A DNA stretch of 64,000 bases from Terriglobia bacterium. Lineage in GTDB: Bacteria > Acidobacteriota > Terriglobia > 2-12-FULL-54-10. The position numbers and the translations under genes are program-made. Below, piece after piece: positions 1 through 9,601 of this stretch; the stretch's first letter is position 1, and each line of letters begins with the position of its first letter. The stretch is taken from assembly GCA_963666975.2 (NCBI GenBank), contig CAXVYR010000004.1:1664001-1728000 (forward strand). Reading direction: 5' to 3'. The notes beneath the pieces were generated by a model, which was not told the origin of the DNA, did not search any database, and was given only the letters and a program-made list of their open reading frames with translations.

Positions 1-742
1 TGCCGCCACGGGCCGCCTGGATCCGCCCCATGCGGGACTGCACGGCGCCGGTGAACGATCCGCGCTCGTAGCCGAACAACTCCGCCTCCAGCAGTGTCTC
101 CGGAATAGCGGCGCAGTTGATCACTACGAATGGGTTCTTGGCCCGCGCACTGAGTTGATGCAACGCTCGCGCCACCAATTCCTTGCCCGTGCCGGTCTCT
201 CCGGCCAGCAGCACGGTGGTGGTGCGCGCCGCCACCAGCCGCACCATGCGGTACATGGCGGCCATCTTCGGGCTGGTTCCGATCATTCCCGGCAGCGGTT
301 CCACCGCAACGGGCTGCTCTTGTTGGAACGCGGCGTTCGAGTCCACCTTGCCGGGCTGTTTGCGCGGAGGCCATCCGGGCGGGTTCCCCGAGACGCGGAA
401 CAGCTCCCGCGCGCGGAGATGGCGGAGAGTGCCTTGCGGAAGCGGCGCCTGGCCGGTTTCCGAATCCATTAAGAAAATGTCGACTTCCGGATGGCGGGAT
501 TTGACGATCTCCAGCAGCTCGCCGACCTCGAGGTCGGGCAAGGAGCGGTCTACCAACAGGGCGTGACACGGGCCGGCGTCCAGTTTGGCCAGGGCTTCGG
601 CTCCTCCCTGAGCTTCCTCGGCCAGCCAGCGGGCCGAGTGTAAGGTTTTCAGAATTCCTTGCCGATAGTCTTTATTCGGGCAAGCGACTATCGCAGCCAG
701 AAACTGTGGTTCGTCGAGACAGATCGCCGGGGCCAGTGACAT
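1..742 (-). CDS. sigma54-dependent enhancer-binding response regulator (runs off the window edge)
   Basis: Manual translation from ATG 742: receiver-like N-terminus, then GETGTGKE (Walker A), NCAAIPETLLEAELFG and GSFTGA. Confidence 0.9.
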   Translation of the reverse strand, partial: MSLAPAICLDEPQFLAAIVACPNKDYRQGILKTLHSARWLAEEAQGGAEALAKLDAGPCHALLVDRSLPDLEVGELLEIVKSRHPEVDIFLMDSETGQAPLPQGTLRHLRARELFRVSGNPPGWPPRKQPGKVDSNAAFQQEQPVAVEPLPGMIGTSPKMAAMYRMVRLVAARTTTVLLAGETGTGKELVARALHQLSARAKNPFVVINCAAIPETLLEAELFGYERGSFTGAVQSRMGRIQAARGG

Positions 743-1192
743 AGTTTCCCCTCGTCGTTTTCCCTGTGTCGTTTTCCCTCATCAGGGTTTGACTTGGTTG
801 TGTTATTCCGTTTGCGAATCGCCAGTACGAATCGTCAATACGAAACACGAAAATACCACAGCCTTGTTTAGAGAACCGTTAGAGAGAGGTTAAATTCTCC
901 TCATATCCTGCTTCCTCCCATATGGCTTCCCCGCAATCATCCGGAAGCTGAAATCCTGATCGCCAGGAGTGCCCATCACCAGTAGGGCCAACCTTGTTCG
1001 CCTCGGCAGTTTCCTGGCAGGGGATTCCGGTCCATGACCCACAGGCAACAAGATGCTCATGCCGCCAGATGGAAAACTGCCGCAGGGGAAGTGGGGCATC
1101 TCCCCCCTTCTGAGCCAACCGACGCTGCATGGCGGGTTCGCTTCGCACATGCAACAATTTGATATTAAATTAGGTTATATACTCGACAGCAA

Positions 1193-1207
1193 TGGCATGT
1201 CTTTTGC
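1193..1207 (+). promoter_or_regulatory. sigma54 -24/-12 promoter
   Basis: TGGCAT-GTCTT-TTGC matches TGGCAC-N5-TTGC, 41 nt before ATG 1249; two bEBP genes nearby. Confidence 0.7.
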
Positions 1208-1248
1208 GGGAGCAAAGGCAGGTTTCTTAGCAGCTTTGGAGGTCGCTG

Positions 1249-1476
1249 ATGAAACGAACTAAGGTCTTCTTCGAGTTAGTCCTACTTACACTATTCCTTA
1301 TACCGATCATTGCCAGCATCACGGCCAGTTTTTCACAGGCCAAGCCGGAATTCGCCAAGAAGGAATCGAAAACCTGTACGGTTTGCCACGTTAAGCTGGG
1401 CTCCAAAGAGTTGAATGCTACTGGCAAATACTATAAGGAGCACGGTTCTTTAGAAGGATACGAACAGAAGAAGTAG
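1249..1476 (+). CDS. small exported monoheme c-type cytochrome
   Basis: Signal peptide, CTVCH heme motif, GGAGG RBS. Confidence 0.8.
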   Translation: MKRTKVFFELVLLTLFLIPIIASITASFSQAKPEFAKKESKTCTVCHVKLGSKELNATGKYYKEHGSLEGYEQKK

Positions 1477-1669
1477 TTGCAGAGGTTGGAAGGCTGGAAC
1501 GCATAGCAACGGCAACCGCGCGCGGGAAATGTTTCGCGCCGGTCGAACCACCCCGCGAGAGGAAGCAAGCCTCAGCATCGGATATTCCCTAACGGGGCGT
1601 GGCGAGCGGAATCAACTGTGGGGCTTCGCGACCGGCTGCCTCTATCTGTTCAACGGCGGAAGCGAGACC

Positions 1670-2060
1670 CATGCCAAAAGTCGTGCAAATATCGCTTGAA
1701 GACCGCAGTTACGCCGAGCAGCTCTCTCGATGCTTGCGGGAGGATGCGACCTTTGAGGATTGCGAGATTGTTCTGAGCAAAATCAAAGAGAGCCCTCCGG
1801 AGGTGTCCGATGGGGTTCGCGTGATCGACGCCGCAAGCCTGCAAGCGCTTCCCCAGCCGCTGTTGAACCCTGCCAAGACACTGCTGATCGCCTCGGGCTT
1901 TGTCAATCTGACGCAGGCATGGGAGGTAGGCATCGTTTCCGTACTCAAAAACAGCGAGCCGATGGAGTACGTCAAGCTGGCCATCCTGGCAGCGCTTCTC
2001 CGTCCCGGGAAGCCTCCTCTTACCGGCTCCCCTCGCAGTCAGCCTAATTATTCTGGCTAA
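1670..2060 (+). CDS. hypothetical protein, possibly degenerate receiver-like domain
   Basis: ORF from MPKVVQISLED with alternating beta/alpha pattern; start uncertain. Confidence 0.5.
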
Positions 2061-2339
2061 GCATGAAGTTGCCCCAACCAAAGGGAATCGAATCTCTTCC
2101 CAGAACCCAATTTCACGTCCCTTCGTGGCAGGCATCTGAAGCTTAGCTTGCTTGGTGTAGCTATTGGTTTGGTCAACTGCTGCGTGATTTCACGCAGCCA
2201 ACGCCCAACTGAATTACTCCTTATTGCGATCCTTTTTATAATCTGCAAGTTGGATTGGCAGGCAGCTGGACCCCGGCGTGCATATTCACGACTCTAGGTC
2301 CGGAATTCTATGTCCGGGTTCTAAGCGCGGATTGGAAGG

Positions 2340-3491
2340 ATGGCGAGCCCCCCCGGTAATTTCGAACTTGAGTTTATGAAAACGGCATATCATCCACGGC
2401 TCTCCTGGCGCTGGAAAGCACTGATCCCTTTGTTGGTCTCAGCGGTGGTGGGGATGCTGCTGACGATGTACTCCGTGCGTTCTTTGCTATGGGAGCAGCA
2501 CCTCGTTTTGCAACATCACATCCTGGTGGGCTCAGTGATTCTGGGCCTGGTTCTGGTCATGCTGGTGGTTTTGATGGTCCTGGTGCATCGTCCGCTTTCG
2601 GAATTGCGCCGAACCATCGCCCGCACCCGCCAGGGTGACTGGCCGGCACAGGTCAGTTTTGCCGAGCGTGCCGACGAGATCGGCGCGCTGGGCTCGGACT
2701 TCAACGAGATGGTTCACCATCTCAAAGAAAACTGCGAGCGCTGCGACCTGCTGCACCGCGCGGAGATGCGCGAGGCGGAACACCTGGCCACGCTGGGCGA
2801 GGTGGCCGCCGGGCTGGCGCACGAGATCAAGAATCCTTTGGCGGGCATCAGCGGCGCGGTGGAAGTCGTAGCCAGCCAGTCTCCTTCCCACAGCCCCACA
2901 CGGGAAATTCTCGGAGAGGTGCAGGGAGAGTGTGACCGCATCGAGAAGCTGGTGAATGACCTGTTAGACTACGCTAAGCCCAAGAAACCTGCGATGGTCC
3001 TCGCCGACTTGAACGCCACGGTGGAATTAGCCGGCCAATTCGGCCGCCAGATGCTGGGCGACAAGGACCTCCGGTTTGAGACCGATCTCGATCCGGAGAT
3101 ACCGAAGATACTGCATGACCCGCAACTGATCCAGTAGGTTTTCCTGAATCTTATTCTGAACAGCGTGCAGGTGCTGCAACCAGGAGGCAGCATCCGAGTC
3201 CAGACCCGCTTCGTGCCGCAGAACGGCACGGCAGAGGTGACGGTCACCGATAGCGGCCCGGGAATTCCTCCCAACCTGCTGCCCCGAATTTTCCAGCCGT
3301 TTTTCACCACCAAGGGGGCGAACGGCACGGGGCTGGGATTGAGCCTGTCGAAACGCATCATGGAACAACACGGCGGCGGCATTCGCGTCAACAGCATTTT
3401 AGGAAAGATGACGGAATTCACAATCCGGTTGCCGGTTGCGACGCCGCAGCGCGTGACGCAACCGAGTGCCCAGGCAGTGACAAGACAATGA
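2340..3491 (+). pseudogene. HAMP-domain sensor histidine kinase interrupted by in-frame TAG (3135-3137)
   Basis: 2 TM, HAMP, H-box AHEIKNPL; reads DPQLIQ*VFLNLILNS into DSGPGI and GTGLGL in the same frame. Confidence 0.85.
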
Positions 3492-4972
3492 ACGCACATA
3501 TCCTGATCGTCGATGACGAGCGGCTGGTGCGCTGGACGCTCCGAAAGAAATTTGAAGAGTGGGAATACACGGTGACCGAAGCGGAAACGGCCGCCGGAGC
3601 GCTGGAACAGTGGCGCGCGCAATCGCCCGACTTGGTGATGCTCGACGTGCGCCTGCCGGACCGCAGCGGCGTGGAACTGCTGACCCAGATGCGGCCGGAG
3701 AGCGAGCACACGGCGGTGATTATGGTGACGGCCGATCCGCAATTGGAGGATGTAAAAACGGCCTTGCGGGCCGGCGCGCACGATTTTTTGACCAAGCCGT
3801 TCCACTTCGACGAACTGCGCGTGACCTTGCAGAACGCGCTGGAAGCCTGCCAGTTGCGGCAGGAAGTGGCAACCTTGCGGGGAGAAGTGCGCCGCCAGAG
3901 CAAGCCGCCCGAGGTGGTGGCCCAGTCTCCCTCGATGGTTCAACTGATGGAGTTTGTCCACAAGGTGGCCCGCAGCGCCGCCGCCACACTGCTGATCCAG
4001 GGGGAAAGCGGCACGGGGAAGGACCTGGTCGCCAAAGCCATCCACATGACCAGCAACCGCCAGGACAAGGCCTTCGTGCCGATTAACTGTTCGGCGATCC
4101 CGGAAACCTTGCTCGAAGCCGAGCTGTTCGGGCACGAGCGCGGGGCCTTTACCGATGCCAAAGCAATGAAGCGAGGCCTGTTTGAAGTGGCCGACCAGGG
4201 CACGCTGTTCCTGGATGAAATCGGCGAATTGCCGATGGTGCTGCAGGCCAAGCTGTTGCGGGTGCTCGAGGACCAGACCTTCCGCCGCATTGGAGGGCTG
4301 CGGAACATCACAGTGGATACGCGGGTCATCGCCGCTTCCAACCGCGACCTGGAACACGCCGTGCAAGAAGGCCGCTTTCGCGAGGACCTGTTCTATCGCT
4401 TGACCGTCATTCCCCTGTTCATCCCGCCCCTGCGGGAGCGCAAGGAGGACATCCTGCCCCTGGCGGAACTTTTTGTGCGCCGCTACAGCCGCCGTCTCCA
4501 GAAATCGGCCCAGGGCATCAGCCCGGAGGCGCAGCAACTGTTCCTGCGATACCCATGGCCCGGCAACGTCCGCGAACTGAAAAACGCCATCGAGCGCGCC
4601 TTGATCCTGGAGGAAGGTCCTTGCATCCAGCCCCAATACCTGCCGGTAACGTTAGAGTCCCAGTCGGCAACAGAGGCTTTTCGTCCTAGTGCTCTGTGGC
4701 CGTCCGCGCAGCCGAGCCAGAGTTGGCGCGCGATGGAGAGCGGGCGCTACCTGCCCCCTTTGGAAATCCCCGACAAGGGAACTTCGCTCGAAGGAATCGA
4801 GAAGGAGCTGGTGCAGATGGCGCTGAAGCAAACTCGCGGCAACCAGACCCGCGCCGCCCGCCTGCTGGACATCAGCCGGGACGCCCTCCGCTACCGCATC
4901 AAGAAATTCTCGCTCGCCGAAGAGGAACGCCCGGCCACTGACACCCAGGCATCGAACCAAGCCGCGCGCTAG
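3488..4972 (+). CDS. NtrC/AtoC-family sigma54 response regulator
   Basis: Receiver (VDDE, LDV), GESGTGKD, GAFTDA, Fis HTH; ATGA overlap with the kinase. Confidence 0.95.
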   Translation: MNAHILIVDDERLVRWTLRKKFEEWEYTVTEAETAAGALEQWRAQSPDLVMLDVRLPDRSGVELLTQMRPESEHTAVIMVTADPQLEDVKTALRAGAHDFLTKPFHFDELRVTLQNALEACQLRQEVATLRGEVRRQSKPPEVVAQSPSMVQLMEFVHKVARSAAATLLIQGESGTGKDLVAKAIHMTSNRQDKAFVPINCSAIPETLLEAELFGHERGAFTDAKAMKRGLFEVADQGTLFLDEIGELPMVLQAKLLRVLEDQTFRRIGGLRNITVDTRVIAASNRDLEHAVQEGRFREDLFYRLTVIPLFIPPLRERKEDILPLAELFVRRYSRRLQKSAQGISPEAQQLFLRYPWPGNVRELKNAIERALILEEGPCIQPQYLPVTLESQSATEAFRPSALWPSAQPSQSWRAMESGRYLPPLEIPDKGTSLEGIEKELVQMALKQTRGNQTRAARLLDISRDALRYRIKKFSLAEEERPATDTQASNQAAR

Positions 4973-5278
4973 GCAGCAGCCCCTCAAAACTTAAACATCG
5001 TCCTGAACTTCTTCTGCAAATCGACCTCGACCAAGCCTCTGCGCCGGACTTTTTGAGCTTCACTGCCCTTAGCGCCGAGTTTCAGTTCCTGGAAAAAGCG
5101 AGGAACAACTTGCGGCCGGGCAGGTTGTTGAATTTTTCCGCCAGTCCGGGCGCAGCTTCTCCGCACCCATCGGAGGCGCCGCCGGTATTACCCCCTCGTC
5201 GTCGGAGGAAGCCGGATATTTGGATATAATGTTAGGGCGATACAAATTCACAGCACTGCCAGCAAGGAGATTCATCAG

Positions 5279-5731
5279 ATGGCTCATGCACCGGGGAAAT
5301 TTTGCGGGGACGTAAACAAGGTTCGCTGGAGCTTGATTGCAGGCACCCTCACGCGAACGACCACCGAGGGCGGGATATGGAATACAACTGAAATGCCCGT
5401 CCAGCAAGTGATGGGGATCGAGAAGCTGACGATTGAGGAAAGCCGCCGGGCGCCGCTCGGCGTGCCGGTTACGTTATTTGCCGTGGCCCTTTTGGCGATT
5501 GCCGGATGGGCCGGCTCGATCCCCGTCGGCGTGATCGGGATGCTCTGCCTGTTTTGGGGCGTCCGGATGCTCCCCAAGCAGAAGGTCTCGCACGAAGCTC
5601 ACCGGCTGCTGGGCCCCGGTCTGGACCCGAAGGAATGGGTGCTGGTCGGCTCCGGCGCTGACGTCGCAGGCTTCCTCGATGCGCTCCAGTCCGAGCTGTC
5701 GCAAAAAACCGAGTCGGTGCAGACGCAGTAA
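5279..5731 (+). CDS. hypothetical membrane protein (start uncertain)
   Basis: ORF with two hydrophobic segments. Confidence 0.45.
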   Translation: MAHAPGKFCGDVNKVRWSLIAGTLTRTTTEGGIWNTTEMPVQQVMGIEKLTIEESRRAPLGVPVTLFAVALLAIAGWAGSIPVGVIGMLCLFWGVRMLPKQKVSHEAHRLLGPGLDPKEWVLVGSGADVAGFLDALQSELSQKTESVQTQ

Positions 5732-5819
5732 GAAAACGCGCCAGGAAAGAAAAACGGAAGGAAGAACGAAAGAAGGGAAAGCGGCAGGGCAACGGGAGTG
5801 AGCCAGCTCTGAAGCTTTT

Positions 5820-6725
5820 TTAGAAGACTCGGATCATCTTCAAGCCGCTGGCCAGCACCAGCAAGGCCATCCCGAACTTCAGCGGCCGGGCTGGAGTTAA
5901 GTAAGCCAGCCGGCTGCCCAGAATCACGCCGGGCAGGGAACCCAGCAGCAAGTTAGCCGCAAGCGGAATATCGACGGTCCCAATCTGCCAGTGCGTCACG
6001 GCGGCGGCGCTGACCAGCACCAGGGCATGGGCGATGTCGGTCCCTACGATGCTGGTGGCGGGAAGCCGCGACACCGCGATCAACGCCACGGCAATCAATG
6101 CCCCGCTTCCCACCGAGGTGAGCCCCACCAGGAAACCGACCCCAGCTCCCAGCAGGATGATCTTGGCGCGGTGCGCCCGCGGGTCAAACGGCTCCGATAC
6201 GCCATCCTCACGGCGGCGCTTCCGGTAGATTTCATGGATCAACGTAACGAAGGCGGCCAGGACCAGTACCCCGCCCAGGCCCATCCGCACCATTCCGTCC
6301 GCCGAGCCGTACTGCAGGTTGACGTAGTGGATCAGGTAGCTGGCTGCCACGGAGGCCGGAACGCTCCCGATGGCCAGGTATCGCACCCAGCCCCACTGGA
6401 TGCTGCCGCGCTTCCAGTGCTGGTGGGACCCAACCAGCTTGGTCACCGAGCCGTACAACAGGTCGGTCCCCACGGCCACCATGGGGCGCACGCCCAGCAA
6501 GATGAGGATCGGGGTAAGAACGGAACCGCCCCCGACGCCCGTCAGCCCCACCAGGAAGCCGACCACCAGCCCCACTAGAATAATGAGAAAGCGGAGTTCT
6601 GAGATCAGTTCTCCGGTGGACTGGGCCAACTCCGCCTGGAGGAAATGGAGCAACGCCGCCCCGGAGGGCACGTCGAACAGCGTCATCGCCGCTGCGTTGC
6701 CGGATTGTATGAGGCCGATTGCCAT
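5820..6725 (-). CDS. TauE/SafE (TSUP) family sulfur-compound transporter
   Basis: GLTGVGGGS and GLTSVGSG repeat motifs, AVGTDL/VGTDIAHA, about 8 TM. Confidence 0.9.
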   Translation of the reverse strand: MAIGLIQSGNAAAMTLFDVPSGAALLHFLQAELAQSTGELISELRFLIILVGLVVGFLVGLTGVGGGSVLTPILILLGVRPMVAVGTDLLYGSVTKLVGSHQHWKRGSIQWGWVRYLAIGSVPASVAASYLIHYVNLQYGSADGMVRMGLGGVLVLAAFVTLIHEIYRKRRREDGVSEPFDPRAHRAKIILLGAGVGFLVGLTSVGSGALIAVALIAVSRLPATSIVGTDIAHALVLVSAAAVTHWQIGTVDIPLAANLLLGSLPGVILGSRLAYLTPARPLKFGMALLVLASGLKMIRVF

Positions 6726-6759
6726 CGAATTTTCTGCGAGCTTCCTGAAAACCTGCGTA

Positions 6760-6804
6760 AAAACAAAAAACCCACCAACCGATTTGCCGGTTGGTGGGTT
6801 TTTG
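6760..6804 (-). terminator. intrinsic terminator (attenuator) in the TauE leader
   Basis: AAAAACCCACCAACCG-gcaaat-CGGTTGGTGGGTTTTTTGTTTTT on the minus strand, upstream of the TauE ATG. Confidence 0.9.
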
Positions 6805-6826
6805 TAAGCCTGAATTAAGAAAAAAT

Positions 6827-6943
6827 CTAATTCAAACCACTACCCCCCGCGCCGGCAGACGTACAACAACACATACAACAGCACGCCATCTGGCCGCTGA
6901 CCATTGTCTGGGTGTTTGCCGGTTTGGAGTAGCAGAAACGCAT
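6827..6943 (-). CDS. Cys-rich leader peptide MRFCYSKPANTQTMVSGQMACCCMCCCTSAGAGGSGLN (start could be an internal Met)
   Basis: TGC TGT TGT ATG TGT TGT TGT codon run; lies between promoter and terminator. Confidence 0.8.
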   Translation of the reverse strand: MRFCYSKPANTQTMVSGQMACCCMCCCTSAGAGGSGLN

Positions 6944-6975
6944 TGAACAAATAGTAATTGCTAAAAGCAAGCTCC

Positions 6976-7005
6976 ATTCTAGGAGGCCCCCGTCTGGCGT
7001 GTCAA
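6976..7005 (-). promoter_or_regulatory. sigma70 promoter for the Cys leader/TauE unit
   Basis: TTGACA-18 nt-TAGAAT. Confidence 0.75.
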
Positions 7006-7132
7006 GCAAATAATCACCAAATTTTAAGCCATTTTTGCGCGTCACCGCTTTACCTGCCAGAAGGGGTTTTGCCTGCCGGGAGGGCGTTTCCCCCAGGCGT
7101 GGGCCGCCTGGTTTTATGAGTGAACATTTCCC

Positions 7133-7161
7133 TAGACAGCCAGGAACGGCGGGCATATAAT
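7133..7161 (+). promoter_or_regulatory. sigma70 promoter for the aroF leader
   Basis: TAGACA-17 nt-TATAAT. Confidence 0.75.
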
Positions 7162-7178
7162 GGCTGCCATCTGAGGTT

Positions 7179-7244
7179 ATGGGTAAAAATTCAATGCTCG
7201 AACGCACTCGATTTTACTTTTACTGGAGGTGGGCGGGCCGCTGA
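7179..7244 (+). CDS. aromatic-rich leader peptide MGKNSMLERTRFYFYWRWAGR (alternative start 7194)
   Basis: F-Y-F-Y-W-R-W cluster directly upstream of a terminator and aroF. Confidence 0.85.
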   Translation: MGKNSMLERTRFYFYWRWAGR

Positions 7245-7269
7245 AAGGATTCAGCAGCGTTGAGTTCCC

Positions 7270-7305
7270 GCCCGCTCGGTCAGCCCGAGTGGGCTTTTTG
7301 CTTTT
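7270..7305 (+). terminator. attenuator terminator of the aroF leader
   Basis: GCCCGCTCGG-tcagc-CCGAGTGGGC followed by TTTTTGCTTTT. Confidence 0.9.
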
Positions 7306-7350
7306 AGGGACGCTTTCCGGTCGAGGCGCGGCTTATCGCGGAGGCAAAAC

Positions 7351-8400
7351 ATGATTATATCAATGAAGCTAAGGGCCAGCAAACAGGAGGTGGAGCACGT
7401 CTGCCAGCTTCTCCGGGAATTTGGTTATAAAGCCCACACCATCCAGGGAGAGGAGCGGGTCGTCATCGGCGCCGTGGGCAAGCTGGAAAACAAGCAGCAG
7501 GTGATGAACTCCATCGAATCCGCGCCGGGCGTCGAGTCGGTGGTCGCTGTCAGCCAGCCCTACAAGTTTGTCAGCAAAGAATCGCAGCCGGGCAAGACCG
7601 TTCTCCGGCTCGATGGATGCTCCATCGGCGGCGCCGAGTTTGCCGTCATTGCCGGCCCGTGTTCGGTGGAGAGCGAGCAGCAGATACTGTCAACGGCAGA
7701 GGCCGTCAAGAAGGCCGGGGCCACCATCCTGCGCGGAGGCGCCTTCAAGCCCCGCACCTCCCCTTACGATTTTCAGGGCCTCGAAGAGGAAGGCCTCAAG
7801 TTGCTGCGAAAAGCAAAGGAGAAAACGGGGCTGGCCGTCTGCACCGAGGTGATGTCGCCACAGGATGTGGAGATGGTCGCCGAGTATGCCGACGTGCTGC
7901 AGATAGGCGCTCGCAACATGCAGAACTACACTTTGCTCAAGCGGGTGGGCAAGACGAACAAGACGGTCATGCTCAAGAGAGGACTCAGCGCCACGATCAA
8001 GGAGTTGCTGCTCTCGGCCGAATACATCCTGACCGGCGGCAATCCGAATGTCTTCCTGTGCGAGCGCGGCATCCGAACCTTTGAGACCTACACCCGGAAC
8101 ACGCTGGACCTGTCCGCCGTCCCGGCGCTGGCCGAGCTTACCCACCTGCCCATCATCGCCGATCCCAGCCACGGCACGGGGAAGCGTTCCCTCATCCCTC
8201 CCATGTCCCGTGCCAGCGTGGCCGCCGGAGCCGACGGGATCATGGTGGAGGTCCATACCAATCCGGAGAAGGCATTCAGCGACGGCGCACAAGCCTTGTT
8301 GCCTTCCGAATTCGACCAACTGATGCAGGACCTGAAACCTTACCTGGAAATCTGGAAAGCCACCCGCACGGCTGCCCAGGCCTCCGCCGTGGTCGCATAA
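7351..8400 (+). CDS. aroF: DAHP synthase, class I-beta with N-terminal regulatory domain
   Basis: [36 protein letters not shown] motifs. Confidence 0.95.
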   Translation: MIISMKLRASKQEVEHVCQLLREFGYKAHTIQGEERVVIGAVGKLENKQQVMNSIESAPGVESVVAVSQPYKFVSKESQPGKTVLRLDGCSIGGAEFAVIAGPCSVESEQQILSTAEAVKKAGATILRGGAFKPRTSPYDFQGLEEEGLKLLRKAKEKTGLAVCTEVMSPQDVEMVAEYADVLQIGARNMQNYTLLKRVGKTNKTVMLKRGLSATIKELLLSAEYILTGGNPNVFLCERGIRTFETYTRNTLDLSAVPALAELTHLPIIADPSHGTGKRSLIPPMSRASVAAGADGIMVEVHTNPEKAFSDGAQALLPSEFDQLMQDLKPYLEIWKATRTAAQASAVVA

Positions 8401-8412
8401 GCTGAGTGTCTC

Positions 8413-8544
8413 TGTAGGACGGAGGAAGCGGTCGAACTCACCCGCGAGGCGATTGACATTCACATCGAGAGCCTCCTGCAGGACGGCATCTCCGTGCCTT
8501 CGCCTAGCTCCGAGGGTGAGTTTGTGGAGGTGACTGCCGCCTGA
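8413..8544 (+). pseudogene. C-terminal remnant of a HicB-like antitoxin
   Basis: Reads RTEEAVELTREAIDIHIESLLQDGISVPSPSSEGEFVEVTAA* with no start codon. Confidence 0.6.
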
Positions 8545-8683
8545 CACGGCGTTGCAGTCGCGCTTCGGGTTGGAGGGGGTGGCGTTGAGAAAACCCACAG
8601 CGAGAAAAAGCACTCGCCGTGGCCACCCCGCTTCGGCCATACTTTTACCCCTTCCTTGATTGCGTCCGTTGCATAAGCTGTGA

Positions 8684-9454
8684 TCAAGAAGCCGTACCCT
8701 CCGGCTTCCCTTGCAACCCTAACCTCATAATCTCTGGATTTGTAGATCGAATGATTCTGAGAATTGCGACAGGGAACGCTGACGGTGGACCCACGCCTCC
8801 TTCCATCCGCTGGTTTTCTCGATCTCCAAAAACGCAAAATCCAGCTTGCTCCAGTTCGCGAAGTAATGAGGCCATCTTAAAAGTCGCTCTTACCCGCGCG
8901 GCTGCTTCCATATCAGACCACATTTCTCCGTAGTCCTGTGCTTCCTGAAGAAAGTGACCAACCAGATCAACTTCTGCTTCGGAATGAAGTTCTTCGTGTT
9001 CAAACGAGCTTGCCGAGGCGTCGCCCACGATCTTCATGATGTCGCCACCTGACGTAAGACGCACAAGCAAAGGAGGAATGTTTTCTTTGATACGTCGTAT
9101 ACGAACCGGCTGGACCTGCTTCTCCTCGGTTAGGGTTGACGATACCCACTTCTCATGGTTTGCCTTTATCTTATGAAGTACCTCAGCAGTGTAGGTTTCA
9201 TGCTGATCGTCGACCATCTTGTGGTGAGTTCGGCATAACAAAACCAGGTTATCTGGCTCATCTAGGCAGTCAGTTCGGAAGGCAAGATCGTGTCTTGGCC
9301 CCTGGCCTTTCCCCGAAACGATGTGGCATTCCTCACCCACCACGGATTCGTCATCCGCCGGGGTAGCTTCTACCACTAGTTCTCGCCTACATATGGCACA
9401 CCGGTTTCCAGACTTTCCCCACAAGACCTTCCTCGTTTTATCTGAGATTGACAT
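8684..9454 (-). CDS. HNH endonuclease with uncharacterised C-terminal domain
   Basis: LWGKSGNRCAIC, ECHI, GPRHD, NLVLLCRTHHKMVD; lower GC. Confidence 0.8.
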   Translation of the reverse strand: MSISDKTRKVLWGKSGNRCAICRRELVVEATPADDESVVGEECHIVSGKGQGPRHDLAFRTDCLDEPDNLVLLCRTHHKMVDDQHETYTAEVLHKIKANHEKWVSSTLTEEKQVQPVRIRRIKENIPPLLVRLTSGGDIMKIVGDASASSFEHEELHSEAEVDLVGHFLQEAQDYGEMWSDMEAAARVRATFKMASLLRELEQAGFCVFGDRENQRMEGGVGPPSAFPVAILRIIRSTNPEIMRLGLQGKPEGTAS

Positions 9455-9601
9455 GAGCCACGATGTCTTGACTAATGAGCAGCGGGTGTCTCGCAAAGTA
9501 GATTTTTTCGTGGGCCTTCTTAACAGTAGAAAACGAACCTGCCCGCACTAGTGCGATTATACCTAAACGAGATGCCTCAGAGCCGTTGAGCACCACTCGG
9601 C

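Noticed and set aside
3135-3137. Pyrrolysine or amber recoding of the kinase TAG
   Set aside because: The position is a conserved Gln, and TAG is a normal stop in many genes here (e.g. 4970-4972)
2969-4636. 555-aa minus-strand ORF (also 10343-12214, 18683-21019, 27703-29190, 30651-31919)
   Set aside because: Antisense shadows of well-supported genes in GC-rich DNA; no motifs
6944-7207. 126-aa version of the Cys-rich ORF as a metallothionein-like protein
   Set aside because: The upstream part runs across both promoters; the Cys run is better explained as attenuator control codons
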